Shown here one piece after another: positions 58,742 to 64,000 of a stretch of DNA of 64,000 bases. Each line of letters opens with the position of its first letter. The first letter of the stretch is position 1. Origin of the DNA: Flavobacteriales bacterium UBA3477 (GTDB taxonomy: Bacteria > Bacteroidota > Bacteroidia > Flavobacteriales > Schleiferiaceae); assembly GCA_002378005.1 (NCBI GenBank), contig DFQY01000053.1:31824-95823 (forward strand). The letters run 5' to 3'. A model generated the notes under the pieces. It saw only the letters and a program-made list of their open reading frames with translations. It was not told where the DNA came from and made no database searches. A program made the position numbers and the translations under genes.

Positions 58742-60073
58742 TTAGCGCATGCCGCGCATCATGTTCATCATTCCTCGTTTGCCGCCTCCGCTCTGCATCA
58801 TCTTCATCATTTTGCGCATGTCGGTAAATTGCTTCAACAGCGCATTCACATCTTGCACCGTGCGGCCCGAGCCATTAGCAATGCGTTTGCGGCGAGAGCC
58901 ATTGATGATATCCGGATTTTGACGCTCGTCCAAGGTCATGGAGTTTATCATGGCCTCGATGTGCTTGAACGCATCATCATCGATATCTACGTTTTTTAAT
59001 GCTTTACCCATTCCAGGAATCATTCCCATGAGGTCTTTCATGTTCCCCATTTTCTTGATTTGCTGGATTTGATTCATAAAATCGTCGAATCCAAAAGAGT
59101 CGGTCGCGATCTTCTTACTCATCTTTCGGGCCTCAGCCTCATCAAACTGTTCTTGAGCCTTTTCCACGAGAGAAACAACATCTCCCATGCCCAAGATTCT
59201 ATCCGCCATACGATCAGGATGGAACACATCAAGTGCATCCATCTTCTCGCCCATACCTACAAACTTGATGGGTTTGTTTACGACAGATTTAATAGTCAAG
59301 GCCGCACCACCACGGGTATCCCCGTCAAGCTTGGTAAGAATAACACCATCAAAATCAAGGACATCATTAAAGGCCTTAGCTGTGTTCACGGCATCTTGAC
59401 CCGTCATCGAATCAACCACAAAAAGTGTTTCAGATGGAGTAATGGCCTTATGAATATTGCCTATTTCCTGCATCATTGCCTCGTCCACCGCCAAACGGCC
59501 CGCAGTATCAACAATCACGGCGTTGAAACCGTTAGATTTCGCGTGAGCCAATGCATTGGATGCAATCGAGACAGGGTTATTATTGCCTTCCTCCGAGTAG
59601 ACCTCAATGCCTAATTGTTCCCCCAGTACATGAAGTTGATTAATCGCGGCTGGACGATAGACATCACAAGCGACGAGTAGTGGTTTTTTAGTCTTTTTAC
59701 GCTTCAGGTAATTGGCCAATTTTGCACTGTGTGTAGTTTTACCCGATCCTTGAAGACCAGCCATTAAAATCACTGTAGGTGAGCCTGTTAAGTTTAAGCC
59801 TTCGGCTTGACCTCCCATGAGTTCGGCCATTTCGTCACGGACAATTTTGACCATCATTTGGCCCGGTTGTACCGCGTTGATAACGCCCTCGCCAATGGCC
59901 TTGTCTTTGACCTTATTGGTGAACTCTTTTGCTATTTTGAAGCTGACGTCGGCTTCTACTAAGGCACGACGAATTTGCTTCACACTATCCGCAATGTTCA
60001 GCTCTGTAATCTTATGATTACCCTTTAATGTTTTAAACGCGCCTTCGAGACGATCACTTAAATTTTCAAACAT
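58742..60073 (-). CDS. ffh: Signal recognition particle protein
   Basis: 443 aa with the GTPase P-loop MAGLQGSGKTT, DTAGR and TKLDGD, and a Met-rich M-domain tail. Confidence 0.96.
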   Translation of the reverse strand: MFENLSDRLEGAFKTLKGNHKITELNIADSVKQIRRALVEADVSFKIAKEFTNKVKDKAIGEGVINAVQPGQMMVKIVRDEMAELMGGQAEGLNLTGSPTVILMAGLQGSGKTTHSAKLANYLKRKKTKKPLLVACDVYRPAAINQLHVLGEQLGIEVYSEEGNNNPVSIASNALAHAKSNGFNAVIVDTAGRLAVDEAMMQEIGNIHKAITPSETLFVVDSMTGQDAVNTAKAFNDVLDFDGVILTKLDGDTRGGAALTIKSVVNKPIKFVGMGEKMDALDVFHPDRMADRILGMGDVVSLVEKAQEQFDEAEARKMSKKIATDSFGFDDFMNQIQQIKKMGNMKDLMGMIPGMGKALKNVDIDDDAFKHIEAMINSMTLDERQNPDIINGSRRKRIANGSGRTVQDVNALLKQFTDMRKMMKMMQSGGGKRGMMNMMRGMR

Positions 60074-60077
60074 GGTC

Positions 60078-61532
60078 TTATACCGTTGGTATGTTTTCTA
60101 AAGTTCTCAAAAAGAATTCCCAACTCTTCTGTACGCTGCTAATTTGACATTTTTCGTCTGGACTGTGAGCCCCACGAATATTCGGGCCAAAAGAAATGAG
60201 TTCCATCTCCGGATAATTGGTCCCTAAAATTCCACATTCTAACCCTGCATGGCAAGCCGCAACGTGAGGCTGCTCTTTGAACATCTCTACGTATAGCTCG
60301 CGCATCGTGGTTAGGATTGCACTGGTAGGATTCGGCGTCCAACCCGGGTAGTTGCCGCTGAGTTCTACTGCACAACCCATTGATATAAAATTACGCTCAA
60401 TGGCACGTGCTAAATCCATTTTCTCCGTTTCCACTGCACTACGTGTTAAACACATGATGATCAACTGACCATTTTCAATGGCCACACGTGCAAGGTTGTT
60501 AGAAGTTTGAACTAGGCCTTCGATATCTGGTGACATTCGATAGATGCCATTAGGACAGGCATAAATAGAACTGATCATAGCTTCTTTGAAATCTGCGTTC
60601 ACTACTTCAGCTGGCAGGGACGTCTCTGCCCAAAGGACTTGAGCGCTTGCATCCGTGGTACGGTGTTCCGCCTTAATCTCTGCGGCTACAGCCTCCAAGG
60701 TTGACACTACCTCGTTTTCCATGGATGCATCAAATACCACCACTGCATTGCTTTCGCGAGGGATCGCATTGCGTAAGCCACCACCATTTAGCGCACATAA
60801 TTGGACACTAGCTCCTAGCCTGTCCAGGATTCTATTCATTAACTTATTGGCGTTGCCTAATCCCTTGTGGATATCCATACCACTATGGCCACCGTTTAGT
60901 CCTTTCACCGACAATGCCAACGCTTTTGCTACAGCAGGTGCAGCTACCATAGGTACAGTGGCTGTTGCTGTTACATCAATACCTCCTGCACAACCGATGG
61001 TAAGCTCATCATCGTCTTCCGTATCAATGTTGAGCAAGATTTTTCCGTTCAGCATACCGCCCTTCAATTCCAGAGCGCCGGTCATACCCGTTTCTTCATC
61101 AATGGTAAAGAGGGCATCGATGGCAGGATGTGCAATATCCGTAGAGCTAAGGATCGCCATGATAAAGGCAACACCAATACCGTTGTCCGCGCCCAACGTG
61201 GTGCCATCGGCTTTGACCCAGTCTCCATCTACTGACATGCGGATGCCTTCTGTATCAAAATCGAATTCTGTGCCGTTGTTCTTTTGGTGTACCATGTCCA
61301 AGTGTGCCTGCAATACCACAGGAGTTCTTCCCTCCATACCTGGTGAAGCAGGTTTGCGAATGAATACATTACCAATGTGGTCAACCTCCGTGGGCAGGCC
61401 TAAAGAATGGCCAAAGTCCACCATGAATTTGATCACGCGCTCTTCTTTCTTAGACGGGCGAGGTACTGCATTTAAATCTGCAAAATGGTTCCAGACACTC
61501 GAAGGCGAAAGGGATCTTACTGCTTCACTCAT
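60078..61532 (-). CDS. pepD: Aminoacyl-histidine dipeptidase (M20 family, PepD-like)
   Basis: 484 aa with LQAHLDMV, LGADNGIG and TIDEETGMTGA, which are typical M20C metal-site motifs. Confidence 0.85.
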   Translation of the reverse strand: MSEAVRSLSPSSVWNHFADLNAVPRPSKKEERVIKFMVDFGHSLGLPTEVDHIGNVFIRKPASPGMEGRTPVVLQAHLDMVHQKNNGTEFDFDTEGIRMSVDGDWVKADGTTLGADNGIGVAFIMAILSSTDIAHPAIDALFTIDEETGMTGALELKGGMLNGKILLNIDTEDDDELTIGCAGGIDVTATATVPMVAAPAVAKALALSVKGLNGGHSGMDIHKGLGNANKLMNRILDRLGASVQLCALNGGGLRNAIPRESNAVVVFDASMENEVVSTLEAVAAEIKAEHRTTDASAQVLWAETSLPAEVVNADFKEAMISSIYACPNGIYRMSPDIEGLVQTSNNLARVAIENGQLIIMCLTRSAVETEKMDLARAIERNFISMGCAVELSGNYPGWTPNPTSAILTTMRELYVEMFKEQPHVAACHAGLECGILGTNYPEMELISFGPNIRGAHSPDEKCQISSVQKSWEFFLRTLENIPTV

Positions 61533-61533
61533 A

Positions 61534-63285
61534 TTACATTCTATTTGGCACCTGAATACCCAGGCAATTCATCGACGAGGCTATGACCTCACCTACTTTC
61601 TTACTTAATAACAATCGGAAAGCAATTCGTTCATCGCTCTCCGCATTTAGGATGCTGTTGTTTTGATAGAAGCCGTTGTACTTTTTGACTAAATCGTAGG
61701 TGAAATTAGCCAAAACTGCTGGGCTCAGCTGCTTAGCGGCTTGCTCCACCACAGAAGGATATTGGACCAAGGCTTTCATCAATACGACCTCCTCTTCATT
61801 AGGGTTTAGCTCGGTCCAATTCACTGTAAGTCCCTCATGCGCCTTGCGTTGCAAGCTTTGAATACGTGCATAAGTGTATTGGATAAATGGTCCTGTGTTC
61901 CCGTTGAAGTCGATGCTTTCCGCAGGATTGAACAGCATGCGCTTTTTAGGATCTACTTTAAGGATAAAGTATTTCAACGCTCCTAGTCCTAGGGTCTGGA
62001 ATAATTGGTCCTGCTCCTTTTCAGGCATATTATCTAGTTTGCCAAGTTCCTTTGAGATCGCAGCTGCATCCTGGACCATAGAATCAATCAAATCATCGGC
62101 ATCCACGACCGTTCCTTCGCGGCTCTTCATCTTGCCAGAAGGTAAATCCACCATGCCATAGCTCAAGTGGTGAAGGCTCTCCGCCCATGCATAACCCAGT
62201 CGCTTTAGAATGATGAACAGGACTTTGAAGTGGTAATCTTGTTCATTACCTACTACATAGGTCATCCCCTTGGCATCAAAATCTTTAAAACGCTGAATGG
62301 CCGTACCAATATCTTGGGTCATGTATACAGAAGTACCATCGCGACGCAATACCAGCTTATGGTCTAATCCCTCATCTTCGAGATCAATCCAAACCGAGCC
62401 GTCCTCTTTGCGATAGAACACGCCATCTTCCAAACCTTTGAGTACATCGTCCTTCCCGAGAACGTAGGTATGACTCTCGTAGTAGTTTTTATCGAAGCTA
62501 ACCCCTAGTTTTTTATAGGTATGGTTAAATCCTTCATAGACCCAATTATTCATGGTGCGCCACAAGTCCATTACGGCCTCATCACCCTGCTCCCATTTCA
62601 AGAGCATCTCTTGTGCTTTTACGAGCGATGGCGCCTGCTTTTTAGCATCATCCTCACTAATGCCACCGGCGACAAGGCTTTGAATTTCACTTTTGTAGAC
62701 TTGGTCAAACTTCACATAGTACTTCCCGACCAAATGATCTCCTTTCATTCCTGTGCTCTCAGGAGTTTCTCCATTGCCATATTCAGACCAAGCCAACATG
62801 GACTTACAAATGTGAATGCCGCGATCATTGATGATTTGAACCTTTGTGACGGCCACCCCAGCAGCCTCAAGGATGTTGGAAACACTGCTTCCTAAGAGGT
62901 TGTTTCTAATGTGACCTAGGTGTAGAGGCTTATTCGTATTAGGCGAACTGTATTCCACGATGTACTGTCCCTTACTCCCTGGGGCCGGTAGATTTAGATT
63001 CGCATCCAACGCAAAGGCTTGGAAATCGTTGACGAAAACGTTTGAATCCAGTACCATGTTCAAGAATCCCTTGACCACATTGTATGATACAATGACACCC
63101 TGATCCATTAGGGCAGCACCAATTTCTCCCGCAACATCTTCAGGTCTTTTCTTCGCTGCACGTACAAACGGGAATACCACCAAGGTAAGATCGCCTTCAA
63201 ATTCTTTGCGGGTTTCCTGCAATTCAATGGTGGTACCTACTTGGTAGAGGTTCTGTACAATGTCCTGAATCTGAGTCTCTAACAT
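61534..63285 (-). CDS. argS: Arginine--tRNA ligase
   Basis: SSPNTNKPLHLGHIRN (HIGH-type) and GKMKSREGT (KMSKS-type). I prefer the ATG at 63285 (MLETQIQDIV...) over 63327. Confidence 0.95.
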   Translation of the reverse strand: MLETQIQDIVQNLYQVGTTIELQETRKEFEGDLTLVVFPFVRAAKKRPEDVAGEIGAALMDQGVIVSYNVVKGFLNMVLDSNVFVNDFQAFALDANLNLPAPGSKGQYIVEYSSPNTNKPLHLGHIRNNLLGSSVSNILEAAGVAVTKVQIINDRGIHICKSMLAWSEYGNGETPESTGMKGDHLVGKYYVKFDQVYKSEIQSLVAGGISEDDAKKQAPSLVKAQEMLLKWEQGDEAVMDLWRTMNNWVYEGFNHTYKKLGVSFDKNYYESHTYVLGKDDVLKGLEDGVFYRKEDGSVWIDLEDEGLDHKLVLRRDGTSVYMTQDIGTAIQRFKDFDAKGMTYVVGNEQDYHFKVLFIILKRLGYAWAESLHHLSYGMVDLPSGKMKSREGTVVDADDLIDSMVQDAAAISKELGKLDNMPEKEQDQLFQTLGLGALKYFILKVDPKKRMLFNPAESIDFNGNTGPFIQYTYARIQSLQRKAHEGLTVNWTELNPNEEEVVLMKALVQYPSVVEQAAKQLSPAVLANFTYDLVKKYNGFYQNNSILNAESDERIAFRLLLSKKVGEVIASSMNCLGIQVPNRM

Positions 63286-64000
63286 GATAAAGATTTTTGG
63301 GGTAGGTAAATTTCTGCAAGCATGCATCTCGCACTACCGCCGCCCAACGTTTCAATGGTGGGAAGGTCGGAATAAATGATTGTATGGTCCAATTCTATTC
63401 TAGCCACTTGCTCCGGCGTGAGCGCGCGGTAGGCACTACCGCTCATAACCAAAAATAATTGGTCCATTGCCCCCTTTACTAAAAGCATGTTTCCTGCGAA
63501 CTGTATCTTCTGTTCTTTCGTGATTTCAAGAATATCCTTACCACTGTCCATAATGGCCTTTACCACGGCTTCGCGTTCAGCAGCGTCGTGAATGGTATCC
63601 AAACATATGAGCGCATAGGTGTTGGTCATGCACATCAGCACATTCGTATGGTAGATAGGCTGAGGTCCAGCGGGGGTATCCTGGAATGCGCTAAATACCA
63701 CGGGTGTATATTTTAATTGGCCACAAAGTGAAATAAAAGCCTTTTCGTCGGCACGTTGGCTTCGAGCCATATAGGCCATGCGCTGATCGTGGTCAAATAC
63801 GATGGAACCTGTACCTTCAAGGAACACCCCTTCTTCTTCTAGGGCAGTAAGATCAATCACAGCTTCTGTAGTAAACCCCCACTTTTTTAAGATTTGAAAA
63901 ATCTCCTCGCGACGTTCTAAACGGCGGTTCTCAGCCTTCATTGGGTAGAGCACTAAAGTTCCGTCCGAATGCATACTTATCCAGTTATTGGGAAAAATGC
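63279..64000 (-). CDS. Amidinotransferase-superfamily protein (citrulline utilization hydrolase CtlX / arginine-deiminase-related); the N-terminus lies beyond the window end
   Basis: The frame stays open to nt 64000 (hand translation ...IFPNNWISMHSDGT...). The C-terminal catalytic Cys motif is GGGSARCMLAEI. Confidence 0.75.
   Translation of the reverse strand, partial: IFPNNWISMHSDGTLVLYPMKAENRRLERREEIFQILKKWGFTTEAVIDLTALEEEGVFLEGTGSIVFDHDQRMAYMARSQRADEKAFISLCGQLKYTPVVFSAFQDTPAGPQPIYHTNVLMCMTNTYALICLDTIHDAAEREAVVKAIMDSGKDILEITKEQKIQFAGNMLLVKGAMDQLFLVMSGSAYRALTPEQVARIELDHTIIYSDLPTIETLGGGSARCMLAEIYLPQKSLSC

Noticed and set aside
59060-59614. 184-aa plus-strand ORF antisense to ffh
   Set aside because: It lies opposite the highly conserved SRP GTPase domain. 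The translation has no motifs and a composition typical of an antisense frame.
60655-61608. Very long (317 aa) plus-strand ORF antisense to pepD, running into the argS 3' end
   Set aside because: The translation is low-complexity and Ser/Pro/Ala/Thr-rich, with no recognisable motif. It lies entirely opposite a well-supported M20 dipeptidase gene. It is most simply a shadow ORF caused by the codon usage of the sense gene. Strand-specific Ribo-seq could revisit this.

Overview
This window looks like core chromosome of a Bacteroidota bacterium, most likely class Flavobacteriia. The evidence is recalled synteny (DUF4835-coaBC-rpoZ-bamD, a TamB-like gene divergent from tsaD, recQ-fmt-HU), a fused E1 alpha/beta dehydrogenase, several proteins with T9SS-type C-terminal sorting domains, and TAnnTTTG -7 promoter boxes. 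It spans the dnaA locus (dnaA 13156..14589). I support about 60 protein genes, one tRNA-Asp(GTC), a few rho-independent terminators and a few promoter candidates. By my rough tally about 97% of the window is coding, with many 1-4 nt overlaps between genes. I found no CRISPR array, IS element, integrase, prophage, rRNA, riboswitch-sized leader or recognisable defence, toxin or biosynthetic cluster. Nearly everything is housekeeping: replication, tRNA and rRNA modification, cofactor, purine and lysine synthesis, SRP and envelope biogenesis. The only locus that could be an undescribed module is 29302..33212. It holds two translationally coupled, diverged paralogues (477 and 451 aa) that look like outer-membrane barrels built from three Gly-run modules, of no family I recognise. 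A MORN-repeat exported protein follows them. A small exported basic protein with two Cys/His knuckles is transcribed divergently, and its start overlaps the start of paralogue B. That interpretation is inference only. Lesser oddities are a RecQ-family helicase whose canonical Zn motif sits about 165 aa further C-terminal than expected, an isolated HddC-GmhB fusion gene, a weak oriC candidate, and very short or overlapping divergent gene starts.
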